In this document: positions 1-12,923 of the stretch, piece by piece
Layout of the letters: each line of letters begins with the position of its first letter
Position numbering within the stretch: the first letter of the stretch is position 1
Assembly: GCA_030295235.1 (NCBI GenBank)
Contig: AP026125.1
Coordinates: 2,046,001-2,110,000, forward strand
Reading direction: 5' to 3'
DNA from: Fistulifera solaris
Taxonomy: Eukaryota
Length of the DNA: 64,000 bases
The notes under the pieces: model-generated
What the model saw: the letters and a program-made list of their open reading frames with translations, nothing else
Database searches by the model: none
What the model was told of the DNA's origin: nothing
Program-made: the position numbers and the translations under genes

Positions 1-2514
1 GGTGAGAAAAGCAACTTCAGGAGCTGCGCTGTAGTTCACATCAAAATCTATTTACTCACCGCTAGCAAGCCCTGTTTTTCACGGGCATCGTGCTCTTTTA
101 GTGCTCGTTGTGCCATCGCCGTTCCGGCTGCACCAAATTGTTGTGCTCTGATCAAAAGATTCGTGACATTTTTGACATCAGCCGTTGTCTGAAGGTAGCG
201 GCGTAAAGTATGGAAGCCTTCCGGTGTGAATTTGGAAACAACCATTCCGAGAAAAGCGGCTTGAGCTTTCGAAACATCGTTGGAATTCGTTAAACACGAT
301 CGTTCATACTCCATAAGAGTGCTAAATATAAAGTCCAAGTCGCTGCACAAAAGGGAGGCAAGCGTCAGAAAGAATCCGTACACACGAAGATTGTTTTTTG
401 TTTACTTACCGAGCTTGTGTTGCTACCGCCATGGCGTCGGCGTAAGCACCTGTTGAAAGCAACGCGGGCACTTTATCTACCACGCTTGTTTCTAAAAGCA
501 ACAACAGATTGGCAACTCCCGGCCGACCAGCTTGGTTCGCCGCCATAGCGACCGTAGCATACGCTCCTCGATGCAGCGAATGATCGCCTGCGCCTCCAAG
601 AATGATTTCTGTGGCGGCCTCGGCAACTTGTGCGTCCGTACCTTCCGCCGCCATCACGTAAGCCGCGGCTTTAGATGCACGTGCAAAGATTTGCACAGAT
701 TTTGGTAAACCTAAGTATTGAGATATGCTACACGCCAGTGCCGGTCGTTGTAAAGCAATGAGTCTGGCAACGACACCGATTGGCGTCATGGCGTCGTACT
801 GAGCGCTTGTCGCTATCCATCCGACATTAGGATGACGAAGCCGATTTAACACGCGTAGCTTTCTCGCTGCCGCAACAAATTCCTGGGCAGTTGGCGATGG
901 TTGAACTACACCTTTCGACTCGATGCTTTTATAGGAAAAGTGCATCCCATAAGATGCAGCTCGCAGTAGGCGTTTCTGTTGTACAATGTCAAACTCCCTT
1001 GTCGCTGCTTCCAGACAAGTTTCAACAGCAGATAGCAACTGATCCGAAGCAGCTATATCTCTCACTGTGCTATCATCCGCGCTCGTTCCTGCATAAAAGG
1101 CATCTGAAGCGTCCACAAGCATCGCAGAGGTTTCGATCGAACCGATGCTGAGCATTTGGGCGGTAACAGGTGGTACACGTTGCAATATCTCAATAGCAGA
1201 GTCTGTGATAACACGACAGCAATCGATTTCGGGAACTATGTACACTGTGTCGTCTTCATACGGAAATCTTAACCAGTCTCCATAGGGACCAACCATAAGG
1301 ACACCCAAGCCTTTCCAGTGCAAGACCACACTAATTGAAAAGTGTTAGCGAATTAGTCGGTTCTCTCCAGCGCCGCACGCAAAGACTTACCTGTCTTCTC
1401 CGCACCACTCCATCTGCGAGGGAATCTGTTGTGATCCTTCGGATGTATCAAAATCGAGCACTTTCGTTTCAAAAGACGTTGAAATGACCGTCAAGATACA
1501 CGATTCGGTGAAACAGGCCAGAAAGCGTCCGTTCGGAGCAAAGACCATATCCACAATGGGGCTGTTGACGCGCGCTCGGCAGTCGACGTCTGTCATTTTC
1601 ATTGTGGAAACCTCTACTAAAATAACCGAGTTATCTGATGTCGATAAGAAGAGTTCTGGATGCTGTGAAGTCGTTCGTAAGCGTGAGAACACCGCCAACG
1701 TCGAAAAGGTACAAAAGTGGCGCTTTGCGTATTCCGAAGTTGGCAAAATGGTGACTAATGCATAGTGCGACATGTCATCTGAATCAATTCGTTGCGCAGA
1801 CAAATGAGCTGTCTGTGAATACTCTTCTTCGTCATGATGGTCGAGTAACTCGGCAATCGCGGCATCTTGATTCTTTGTCAACACCGCAACGCCCCCTTCG
1901 TAGACCTTGGCCTGAAGAAGAGGAATCGATTCTTGACAGACATAGAATGGCTGCAACAGAGTTTGCCCTTTTAGATTGTACGTGAAGCAGAGTGAATCAT
2001 TGAGAACCACAACGAGTGTCGTGCGGCTCGTAAAACCCAGACACAAAATATCTACCGCACCGTATCGTTCACGATACTCCGCGGGAGGAAACTCTTGTTG
2101 CGACAAAATTTGCCCCGAATTCGTCAAGATACGGAGTTGCGTGGTGCGAAACGAGTCCGTCAAAGGCGCTGTACATGCGGCAATCGGTCCACCGTGTGGA
2201 CACGCTTTGACGTGCGTTTGTGTTGTTGTTTGATACCAATTGCGAATTTCTTTGGGATCTACCAAGTGCTGCGGTTTTGAAAGTCCTTGAGGATACCATG
2301 CCAGACAATTCTGCTGCATAGAGGAAGGACACGATGAACGCCATTGTACATGAGAATAAATCGGGATGCGACGGTAAGGCAAATCACCCAGATATTGCCA
2401 GGATGCTTCGGCCGGTGAAGCAGAAAACTCCTTGTCTTCCACAGAGGATTGTTCCGTGTACGCCGTTTCCGTCTCCGCGATTGGGTCGTCGAAAGGATTA
2501 GATGAAGCTACCAT
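1..2514 (-). CDS. VPS16: Vacuolar protein sorting 16 (HOPS/CORVET subunit), multi-exon, continues beyond the left edge
   Basis: ORFs 1387-2514, 406-1329 and 48-383 are joined by GT-AG introns. Vps16-like motifs: HGGPIA, PNGRFLA, QMEWCGED, VGPYGD, PEIDCCRVIT, QKRLLRAASYG, LRVLNRLR. Confidence 0.9.
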
Positions 2515-3028
2515 GAATTTATTTGTTACTTTTGTCTATGAATGAATTTAAATGGGGAAGATCATTCTTCGTTTTATCTCGCATAAAAAAAGCAACGCAT
2601 TTGTTTTGTGTTAACGTTCTGTGTGTCGCCACGGTAATGCCCTGTACAATTTGCACTACAACAAAGTTTACTATAGACCCAGTGTCAACGACTTTTTATC
2701 CGAATGGATTTTTTTAGTCATGAGTCACCAGACATAAAATGATTTGAACTAAGGTTATAAGCACATCAGAGGCCGCAACACCGACAATGACATTACCTAT
2801 TCTCGTAAATAATCTTTTCTGCCATCATTTTTATATTATTTGATACGTAGAACTGCTGCTCTTGGTAATTTTTTTGAATATAAAAGAAGCAAACCGTTGT
2901 TGCTAACTTAGAATAAGCAGAAGGTCGCCGTCCGCAAGTCTAGAGCCACACCTTCAGGGACCTTAACACAAGCAAAATTAATAACACCGAGTACGGACGC
3001 TATTTCAAGTAATGATATGAATTATATG

Positions 3029-4621
3029 TTACGATTGACGTTGAAGATGAGCCGGAGCCGAGAATTGACCCATCGACGATGCCGCAGCCAAGTCGGCCAA
3101 AGACGCCTCCCGAGAACCCCCTCCAAAGCTATTGAGACTCAGCAAGGAAGACAAGCGGTTCGAACTGCCCAACAAGCCACCAAAGGAAAGAGTACTGTTC
3201 TCCGGGAAGATGGCGGTAGAAGACGGAAGACGGCTCAACAAGTGACTTGACATGCCTCCGCGGCCACTGTTGTTGTTATTATCATTGCTTGCCTGAAAGC
3301 CCGGGTGCGAGTTCAACAAGGACTGCAAGTTCGCCGCCGAGTCGAACATGTTGGTACTGGTTTGGTTCGACGATGCCGCCGCATCCATGGCAGCCGTGGC
3401 GGGGTTGCTCGAGCTGCTCTGCGCCTGCAACGCGGCCGTAGCCGAACTGAACCCCGAGTCACCAGTGGTTTGATTCTTTTGGTTCAATTGCATAAAGTTC
3501 TGGAAACTGTTGGCGGCACTGTTGTTGCCATTGTTATTGCCTCCGTTCTGTCCCGCGAGAGCGGCCAGTTGAGCCTGCAACTGCTCAATGCTGGCTGCTG
3601 TCGTACCGAAACTGTTATTGCTACCCGCTGCATTCGTAAATTGATTCTGTTGATTCTGATTGTTTTCTGGAACCGGTGCGGGAGCGGGCATCGAACTCGA
3701 AGCACTTTGATTGACTGCGGCTCGGAGCTGTTGATTCTGCAGTTCCTGCAACTGCTGTTGTTGCTGCTGAAGAGCCAGCAGACTGAGCTGTGCGTGAGGA
3801 TTGTTTTGCCCAAACTGCAGCTGCCCTAATCCAGCACGGAAGGCATTCTCTTGTAAAAGAGCCATTGCGTTAGTCAGCGCTTGGCCGTTGAGACCTCCCA
3901 AGTTTTGACCGGTCGCCGCCGCAAGGGCTTGCAAGTTCATCCCCGCTAGTGCCGGATTAAAAGCACCGATCATATCCGAAGCACGCTGTTGCATAGCCGC
4001 TTTCCGTGCGGCGGAACCGTTCGTTTTTCGCTTAATAAGCAAGAGACTGCGGATATCCGACGTAGCCGCATCATTGACGTACGAGCACGGACTCATCTTT
4101 CCCTTGCCAGCAATTTTCCGAAAGCCAAAGTAATTCAATTGCCTCTGAGAAAGAAAGGTTAGAGACACGAGAATAAGAATGACACTGCTACTGCAACCGA
4201 CGACTGCATCTTACCTGAAAGCTCGCAAATTTACTATGACGAAAGCTATCAACATAAGCAATTCACGATGAATGAATGAAGAGGAAACGGGAAGAGAAAG
4301 GTAAGAGGATGACACAGTCACTGCAACCAACACGACTGCCGTAACAACTTACTACTTGTGCAGCACCTCTGCTTCTAAGCGCTCCGGATAGTGCACCCGA
4401 ATCCTTCCATCCGACCATTCAATCACCTCATTATTGTCGTCCGTCAACATTTTTGTGAGCTGGTATAAGAACTCGGCAATTGGATGGTGCTGCCCATTGC
4501 GATCTTGGTATTCGTGCGCGGCATGTCGTAACTCGAGAGAATCGTCGCCGATGTTCAGATTTCCATTGTTCACAACATCCGAACTATTGATGTTGGGAGC
4601 AGACGAAGTATCGGCTTGCAT
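3029..4621 (-). CDS. Heat shock factor (HSF DNA-binding domain) with a Q/N/S-rich tail; exons 4353-4621, 4215-4245, 3029-4144
   Basis: Spliced sequence [38 protein letters not shown] is the HSF signature. Introns 4246-4352 and 4145-4214 are canonical. Confidence 0.9.
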
Positions 4622-5293
4622 AACGATGATGCTTTCCTTGACTTGGTTTGTTGATAAAAAGAGAAAGAAAATGAAGAACGAGGAACAGTGATTCTCTTCC
4701 GCGGCGAATGAATAGCGAAGGTCGTCGCTGTTTCGCAGCGATATCCAAATAATCGCATTTCACGTAGAGTCTCGTAGTTTTGCTACGTGAATGGGTTGAC
4801 AATATTTTGCGATGGCCATTTCATCCGCCTCGGTATCACTATAGGAATTTCCTACTCTTTGAATGACGTGGCCTTCGACATTCGCTGCTTACGTGGGTCA
4901 TTCCGAAAGTGTCACAATTCAAAACGAAAGCCACTTCAAGTCTTCAAGTCATACATTTTACACTTAAATGGTATATAGAATATATACTCTATCTGTTGTT
5001 GTAGTATCTGATTTTTCTTAGTGACGTAAGAACCGATGCACGGTTTCCTATCAGCTTAGAAGTAGTTCAATCTGCAAAGGTACCTGGTAGTCAGTGAAGA
5101 ACACAGTCGAAGGACGACTTTCGTAAATGTCGGTCAGACATGGTATTGTAAGTTTTCAGTACCTTTAAGACTTCAAGACGTTTGAAGTTCAGATGATCAT
5201 AAAGGGGAAAAAACGAAAAGATTTTTCTCTTTTCCGTCAAACACCAAGGAAGCAACAAACAATAATGCATGTGTTTGTAACTAAAGCGCAGCG

Positions 5294-6349
5294 ATGGTAT
5301 ATTTGCCTTCATTCAAGAGATCTTGTTCTATTCCCCTCGTATTTCTACTGCTAGCATCACTCTGCTCGACTACTCAAGCCGCGAAAGATAATTGCTCCGC
5401 CATGAACAAACCAAAAATCAATGATCTTTCCTCGGACAACATCGTGGATCTTTTGGGAGGAATCTACGAACATTCTCCATGGGTCGCACAAGAACTTGTA
5501 AAAGCATATGATCCAACATCGTTCAATAGCGTATCAGAACTTGCGGCTGCCATGAAATCGATCGTGGATGGAGCCTCGCGCGAACAGAAAATGGATTTGC
5601 TGCTCAAGCACCCGGACCTCTGTCAGAAAGTAGAACAACGAAAGGAACTTACGGCAGACAGTCAAACAGAACAATCGAAAGCCGGCTTATCCGATCTTAC
5701 CGCCGAGGAATTAGAACTATTCAATAAATTGAACGACGAATACAAGGCAAAGTTCGGTTTCCCGTTTATTCTGGCCGTTCGGAATGCTTCCAAATATACC
5801 GTGTTGTCGGCTCTCGCTGGGCGCGTCAAGCATACAGCGGAAAAAGAATTCGTCGACGCGCTAGCTCAAGTCCATAAGATTGCGTGGATGCGACTGTTGG
5901 ACAAGATAGACTACTCGGATGCGCAAGGATTTTTGACGTGTCACGTGCTCGACACAGCGAACGGAATCCCAGGTAAGTCTATTATTTGGCTGTGTGGGAC
6001 GACCGTGTGTGTGCGGAGTGCGCTCACTTTTGTTGCTTTAGCGGAAAAGATGAGAATCACGCTCCATCGATTGTCGGAGCCAGCAGGGCTAGTAGGTGAA
6101 TTTCTGACCAATGATGACGGTCGCTTAGAAGGTGGACCTGCTCTCAAAGGTGGTGATCAGTTTATTGTTGGGGAATATGAATGGACTTTCTACGTTGCGG
6201 ATTACTTTGCCTCCAAGGGCACTTTTGTTTCGGGGACACCCTTCTTGAATACGATTCCGCTACGATTTGGAATCGACAACCCCGACGATCACTATCATGT
6301 CCCTTTGTTGGTTAGCCCGTGGGGATTTTCGACCTATCGAGGATCTTAG
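5294..6349 (+). CDS. Bifunctional OHCU decarboxylase / 5-hydroxyisourate hydrolase (allantoin synthase, TTL-like)
   Basis: UraD motifs IYEHSPWVA, HPDL, SQTEQSKAGL, YKAKFGFPFILAVR. HIUase motifs LTCHVLDTANG, TNDDGR, HYHVPLLVSPWGFSTYRGS. Probable intron 5973-6041. Confidence 0.95.
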   Translation: MVYLPSFKRSCSIPLVFLLLASLCSTTQAAKDNCSAMNKPKINDLSSDNIVDLLGGIYEHSPWVAQELVKAYDPTSFNSVSELAAAMKSIVDGASREQKMDLLLKHPDLCQKVEQRKELTADSQTEQSKAGLSDLTAEELELFNKLNDEYKAKFGFPFILAVRNASKYTVLSALAGRVKHTAEKEFVDALAQVHKIAWMRLLDKIDYSDAQGFLTCHVLDTANGIPGKSIIWLCGTTVCVRSALTFVALAEKMRITLHRLSEPAGLVGEFLTNDDGRLEGGPALKGGDQFIVGEYEWTFYVADYFASKGTFVSGTPFLNTIPLRFGIDNPDDHYHVPLLVSPWGFSTYRGS

Positions 6350-7000
6350 TAATTTGAACGGTGACATTTTGATTTGTCTCGCAACGATGTAATTTTGGTT
6401 CGAACTTTTTTCTCTTGGTCAATTTGGTACCGGGTAGTCGCTCTGCACTGCCTTGGCCTGTATTGTGTTTTCTCCGTGGAATGCAACGCAATAGCTTTAA
6501 TCTGAAGTGCACTCAAATAATTTTTAGCAGACTCACTTTTGTAAGAACGAAGTTTGGAGTTTGGCCCTCCTATGCTCCTGATAGTCTTATTTACTGCTGG
6601 CCCACAGGTTTCATCTGAGCGAGACCACGAATGCTTTTCAGTCACGAACCCTGATTGTTTTCGAGCAAGATCTTTCTGAACAAGACTACTTATTTACCAA
6701 TAGAAGCCTTGGTAGCTATCAGTCATGAAGAGCTAAATATGTAAATAAACGCGAATGATTTGACAAGACCGACTGGAAAGTTCTCGAACACCCAAGAAAA
6801 TCCAAGTCATTCATCGCGTCGTCATTCCATTTTCATGGCTTCTTCAATGATGATGAATGGTGAACGATTCTCAAATACGCCTCTCACATCATCGACATAG
6901 ACCTAATTGCTTCCATCATCTATTTGTGTAGCAGGTAGCAAAGGGCCGCATCGCTTTTTAACGCTTTTCAAGCGCACAGTCTTAAACGGCTATAACGACG

Positions 7001-7885
7001 ATGATAATGAACATACTGACCGAAAAACAAAAGAAGGCCATTGCTGGTCTTCGATGGGGTTCTACTCATGCTCTATTCGGTATTGCCACTGTTGTGTTGG
7101 GGGTTTTGTTGCTTGCGGAGACGATCTTTTGGTCGAAACTTGATTTGTATTATACATTTCTTCCGTATTTATATGCGACTGCCGCCTTTGGCAACGCGTT
7201 CGTCGGCTATTCCATGCCGGCACCCAAGCACGGCCAGTTCGCATTCCGGACTAGTGCCGTGTTTCAAATGTGTCTTTTATACTACGTGGTCCGCTTTTTG
7301 CCTTCGTTCCGCAATTACAGCAGTCGATATCTCGATATCGCGGTATGCTTTCCTCTCTTGACCGCATGTTTGCAGTTTCTGCAAATCGCTTTTCAGCAGA
7401 CAGATACTGCATTACAAATAGCGCTTTCGGTGGGGACTCTGGCACTTTCTTTGACTCTTTTCTACCCGTTACAATTAGCATGGGATCCTCTATGGCTGGA
7501 TTGCTTGTTGGAGCATCGATACCCCGCACAAGATCTCGCGATGTCTGTCTACATTTACATGCCAGCGACGTACACATTCGCCTTGATTTTATTTGGTGCT
7601 ACGCTTTATTTGCGAAAGATCATTACCGACACGCAGCTCGGACTCATGTCTCTTTGTTTGGTGACATTCACTTTGTTGGGAACGGTGTTACTGCAAGAAA
7701 TACAGTTGCCCGAAATCAGCGCGCAAGAATTGATCATGGCATGTCCTTCCCCGAATGCTTGGGAAACAGCAACAAGCCCTCGGCCGATACTTGATGCCAT
7801 GATGCAAACAAAATTCGTACAATGGTATTTTGGATTCATTGGCGCTCATCGTATGGAAGAATATTACACATCAAAGTTAGATTAG
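7001..7885 (+). CDS. Multi-pass membrane protein of unknown function
   Basis: 294-aa ORF with about 7 hydrophobic segments. Confidence 0.65.
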   Translation: MIMNILTEKQKKAIAGLRWGSTHALFGIATVVLGVLLLAETIFWSKLDLYYTFLPYLYATAAFGNAFVGYSMPAPKHGQFAFRTSAVFQMCLLYYVVRFLPSFRNYSSRYLDIAVCFPLLTACLQFLQIAFQQTDTALQIALSVGTLALSLTLFYPLQLAWDPLWLDCLLEHRYPAQDLAMSVYIYMPATYTFALILFGATLYLRKIITDTQLGLMSLCLVTFTLLGTVLLQEIQLPEISAQELIMACPSPNAWETATSPRPILDAMMQTKFVQWYFGFIGAHRMEEYYTSKLD

Positions 7886-7959
7886 AGGAGAATGTATCAC
7901 TATATGTTGATGTACAAAGTTAAGCGTAAATAGAGACACAATAAACATATGGTAACATT

Positions 7960-9223
7960 TTACAGTTTTCCGATTGCATTTTCAATCGATTCTTTCCACT
8001 GGGTCGCCAAATCAGCCGTCTCGGCTTGAAAGTCGAAATTGCGTCCTTCAGCATGAACGCGAAATGTGTTTTCACTGTCATTCAATAGTTCCACGGAACT
8101 AGTGTCGTCCAAAGCAATCATTCGCGTTGCCTTGTTCTTTTCATCTACTTGAGTCGAATCAAAGTAATAGAGTGATTTTGGGACGGCGACCAGAAGCTTC
8201 GTTTTCCATTTTCGGCTACTCAAGAATCCAATTCCTGAACCTTGCTTTTGCACAGTGCCTTGAAAGATGACTTCAGTGTGCTCAAGCAACGCACTGGCGG
8301 TAATGATGTTGTCAATGGCATGATACGGCCGTCCTAGACCACGAGGGCAAAGCTTTTCGAGTGGTACATTCTCTTCCCCGGGCTCTCCATTCCACATATT
8401 CGTCCAAATCAAACTCAAGTGTTCCTCCCCATTCTTTCAGCATATTCTCTTTGCTAATGTACTTGGATAAGTGATTGAAATTGGGTTTCAGCTGCAATCG
8501 GTCCAAGTCTAGGAATGAAGCACACATGGAGAATCCAGCTGTAACGTATCTTGGGAGACCACAAAAGTGAATCGTACCGGTCTGAGAGCCCGGGAAAAAG
8601 CGTTTGGCCACGTCAATAGCCGATCGACTGGCGGCTTCTGGAAAACGAAAGCAGGAAGTATCTTGTTTCGTTCGAGGTTGTACCTCAATTACATCAAAGG
8701 TCTTGCCAGTTTTCGAATAAGCCGCTGCTCGTTGTAATGCGTAATGCATTTGCTGGATAATCTCGTGTTTGTTGCCGTGAAAGAAGCCACCGATGACCAC
8801 GACAATCGGATTTCCCATCAAATCTCGCGCACAATCTCCTGTTTCAGGATTCTCGAGAACGACACAACAACCCGGAGGATGCTTAGCACCGGGCGGAGCG
8901 CGATAGAACGCACTCACATCTAAAATACTAACAGGATTATCTCGTTTCCACGCAGCCGCAGCCTCTACAGCTTTCACCGCCGCGGTAACCTTGCGGTGCA
9001 TGGCGAGAAATAACTCTAATTGTTCGTCACAGATTTCCTGCAGTGACGCGTCCAGTAATTTACGCATTTCCGCAATCGCCTCTTCATTATCGGCTTTCGC
9101 GGTCTCTGGTTGGCACATGTCTGTAATTAACTGGATATTATCAATGAATACTCTAAGATAGACGTTTGAAAGGTTATACGAAGTAGTCTTCTTGAGGACC
9201 TCGTGCTCTTGCGTGTTTCTCAT
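7960..9223 (-). CDS. CRAL-TRIO (Sec14-like) plus C-terminal PH domain protein (apparent frameshift near 8385)
   Basis: RDLMGNPIVV..FFPG..YISKENMLKEWGGTLEFD is CRAL-TRIO-like. FQGTVQKQG..WKTKLL..LYYF..FDFQAET..WKESI is a PH domain. The start may be the ATG at 9118. Confidence 0.75.
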
Positions 9224-9493
9224 TCATCGCTTGTTGCATGCTTGGTGTTTTGTGGTTAAGGGGTTTGTTTGGCGATCAACCACGTCAGCTACCACAATAA
9301 CTTAACATGAAAATCTATAGTCAATGTCAACTGAAACATACTATAGTTATATATGTACTAAATATTTCAAAGGTTGGTACCAAAAATTTAGTGCGAAGAA
9401 TTTGTGATAGGCTTTTCAGGAATTACTTGCTAAGGTTAGCTAAAGCTATTTGAAAGGAGATCTTCTCGGGTCGTCGAGAAGTCTATATCCTGT

Positions 9494-11073
9494 TTATTCA
9501 TAATGTTTCACTGCATTACGCAAGATATGAACCACTTCAAATATATCGATTCGTTCATCAGGGTTGTGAATCCAACATCGTTCAATGATGTCGACCATGG
9601 TTCGTTCCGCAAAACTTCTTTCCCGATACCGTTGATCAATTGGTGGCTTTTCTCCGTTCATGATTCTTTCTTGATATTCCTCTGTAGTCTTAGCTTTGGA
9701 AAACACGGTGGAACCAGTCAGCACATAATACATGTTAATGCCTAGACTCCAGACGTCAATCTTTTCGTTCAGAGGGCGATCCAAGTACTCCTCAGGAGCA
9801 CGAAACTGCGGATACAGAATATGAGTGAGGTGGTCCATTTCGATCGATGAATACAGCAGTATCTTATATGACGCACCTCGCCGTCTCCAGGATTGTTTCT
9901 ATAACGACAGTATTCACCATCCTCTTCATTCCAGAGCATAATCTCGGCTCGATTGAAATCTTGTAGCTTGAGATGCCCGTAGTCATCCAGTAAAAATTGC
10001 CCGAGATGTATGTCGTCATGAACAATGACACCACCAGGATACGCGTGGAGTTTTGACAAAGCTTCGGCCATTTCCAGAGAGTAGACGAGTTTCTGTATCG
10101 CAGTCAAGTTGTTGAGAGGCTGAGGACCATTTTCACTATCTTCTTCGATAAACTCTCCGCGCTCAATCTCAACCGGAGTCGCAAATTCTTCCAGATCTCC
10201 TCCCAATATCCCCTCATTTACAAGCGCCAAAGCGCAGAAACCGTATATATCAACAATGTCTGGCTCAGCGGACATGACCTCTGCTACCACGGCATCCATG
10301 CGCATGAATTCCATGTCACGAAAGTCATAAGCGGCGTCCCATCGATACTTTTTGAAGGCTATCATAGAGTCTTTGTCTAGTTGCATCAAATGAACTTGTC
10401 GATAAGCACCTTCTCCGGCAAATTTCGCAGTACCGTCTTGGATCGAGCTTAAAAAATCCAGTTCATGAATGAGGTTGCAGTTGATGGGTAGTTTTCGATG
10501 CCACGCGACGCGACGGCAGTGCTTCGAGGTTCGTATCGAGTCATCGTCGTATTCCGAATACGGATTCCGCACAATGTCATCGTCAAAGGCGTAGTACGTA
10601 TCAATATCGTTTTCGTCAGTGTCGTGCGGTGGCCAGTTTGGTTGCCGATGGACGTCGATGGCTCGAGGTGCATTTCCCTCCGCAAGAAAGTGAATGTTTA
10701 ACCCGCCATAGTCAGGTGTGGCGACATGTCTTGAGTTTGATTCGTGTAAATGTGGGAGAGATTTATGGAAATGTACCATTTTTCGATGAATTAGACCTTC
10801 CGGATGGATGCGAACTGGTCGAGGAGTGCGCCCAAAGAAGATTCGCAAAAGAAGAATTATCGCTATGATAGCAAACACTTTACATCCCAAAAGAACAGAA
10901 GAGGCAGAAAACAGCTTTCTGTCACGATCTCTTGCTCGCAAAGGCCGATTGGTGATTGGCAACATGCTCTGTTGATCTCGTTTGCTTGACACCGCGCTCA
11001 CAAGGGGGAGGTGATTTTTGCGAGCATTGGGTCGCCTTATCATTGTTTTTACAACGCTCCTCCCGTAATTCAT
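9494..11073 (-). CDS. Protein kinase with an N-terminal transmembrane anchor (atypical catalytic motifs)
   Basis: GEGAYRQV, IAFKK, HDDIHLGQFL, KLQDFNRAE, (intron ~9809-9877) FRAPEEY..KIDVWSLG. TM segment VFAIIAIILLLRIFFG. Confidence 0.85.
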
Positions 11074-11491
11074 TCATCATGGATGCGCTGCAGTGATACT
11101 ATGATCATCTGTCATGAAGTAATGTCAAAAGGATGAGAAGGCCCAATAAGAAAGTGTTTCGGAGACGCCTGGAAAGGAAATGGATGGCGCATTTCAAGCA
11201 GCGTCGCAAAAAGCAAAGATTCTTCCTCTTGCACTATGCGCGTCCGTGAATTTTCCAATTCGTTAACCACAAAACGTGATCTACCTTCGTACTATAGTGC
11301 TTTGCATTCGTTGCGACACAGGAACGGCGATCGCTCATTTTTTCGATCTTTCGCTCTTTTCGGTTTTCGACGCTCACAAATAACAATAACAATAACAATT
11401 CGAGAATCGACGCTCACAAATCATCATAGCACCTTGACTTCATTCATTCGAGAGCAACCATAAGAAGCTCGCACCTCCATCATCCTTCCAC

Positions 11492-12225
11492 ATGGCATCT
11501 CGATTATCGTACTCGTGCGACCCACTCAATTGGGAAATTACAGTCGTCAAGAACTCCACCGGTTCTCGTTCGCCTCATCATACGAAACAAGCTCGGAACG
11601 GATGTTTCTCGAGTGTCAGTTCACCGTTTCGTAGCCCAAAGAGAGAAAACCCCAATCACTTTCGCTGGTCTACCGTACAAGAATCGGAAAATGTATTCTG
11701 TTTTCCGCGATCTTTGTCATCGCCCATGAATAATGCGACACTTGTTTCCGAGCACTCCTCGCGAAATGGACCCTTTCCGCACAAGGCGAAGTATAACAAC
11801 ATTAAGAACAAGAGCCATACTCGTCATCCGTCGAAAGTTTCCGTCTCTCTGAGACCGCCCAAGACGAAACCAGGGAAACGAACTAACAAAAGGGAAAGAA
11901 TACAAAGCCCGCCCCAGCTCCATCGCCGTCCGTCAAAACAACCTTATCTTCCATTCACTCGCTGGCCCCCGCTCGACCAAAGACTCCCTACAAATTCAAT
12001 CTGATGCGAAGAATGGTATGGATACGTCCCAAACCTGACGATAAATTCTGGATTCGAGGTAGAATCGAGAAGTGCGAGCAATCGCGGGTCGATGAAGTTA
12101 AAGAAAACGGAAAAGTATCGAGTACAGAAACGGTCTATCATGTCGTCAAATGCGCCGACGATGGAACTCTGTATCGCGTCCAGTTGCAACAAATGGAACA
12201 ATCAGAAAACCTGATCTGGTTGTAG
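11492..12225 (+). CDS. Array member 1: low-complexity basic N-terminus plus the shared C-terminal Tudor-like domain
   Basis: ORF 11492-12004 frameshifts into PYKFNLMRRMVWIRPKPDDKFWIRGRIEKCEQ..NLIWL*, homologous to the ends of the next four genes. Confidence 0.65.
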
Positions 12226-12923
12226 CTTGTGTTGAAGAAAGCCCAACCTATGCTTATTTTCTTGATGTTGCTGCGTCGCGAGCAGGAAGAGAATTCTTTC
12301 GAGGCTATGAGTGCTTGTCTCGCGGATGAAGATTGAAGGTCTTGATACGCAAATAAACGCAACGATGCCACTTGATGTATGATCACTTCTTTTGTTCATT
12401 CCGTTTTTTAAATCATGTGAAATGTTTGAGTGTAGTTGTTGATCGTTATGACGGCCAGGTCAAAAAAAAGCAAAATAATTGTCTATAGTGAATCAATTCA
12501 TGCGACCCGATGCGACCTGGAATCATACTGGTTACTCCAACGCAAGGCGTTCTCTAGTCTACAATAGAATTTAAATCATGGCGTTTCAGACTACAGCAAA
12601 TTCATCTCTAGTTTTCTCGGATGCGTCCTACGTAAACGATGAAAAAATATCCTAATTTGGATTTGAATCGGTTCGTTTCGCTCTTAATTATTGCGGCAAG
12701 GCGTTCTAGATAAGGTACCTGATACGAGGTACGACTCGCAAAACTAATGGTGACCAAGATCCGAGGGAGATAGTTCGATGCGGATGCGACATGAAGAGGT
12801 ACACTTAATGCGACAATTTCGTCGCATGGCAAAAAAAATGTCTATCTTTTTATTGCGTTCTTCATTACCAGGTATCTTATTAGACCTACATGAACACATT
12901 TCGCATTCAAATAATCGAGCACA

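Noticed and set aside
3305..3829. Long antisense ORFs (e.g. 3305-3829, 13442-14053, 26028-26540, 46201-46701)
   Set aside because: They are shadows of real genes on the opposite strand and have no recognisable motifs.
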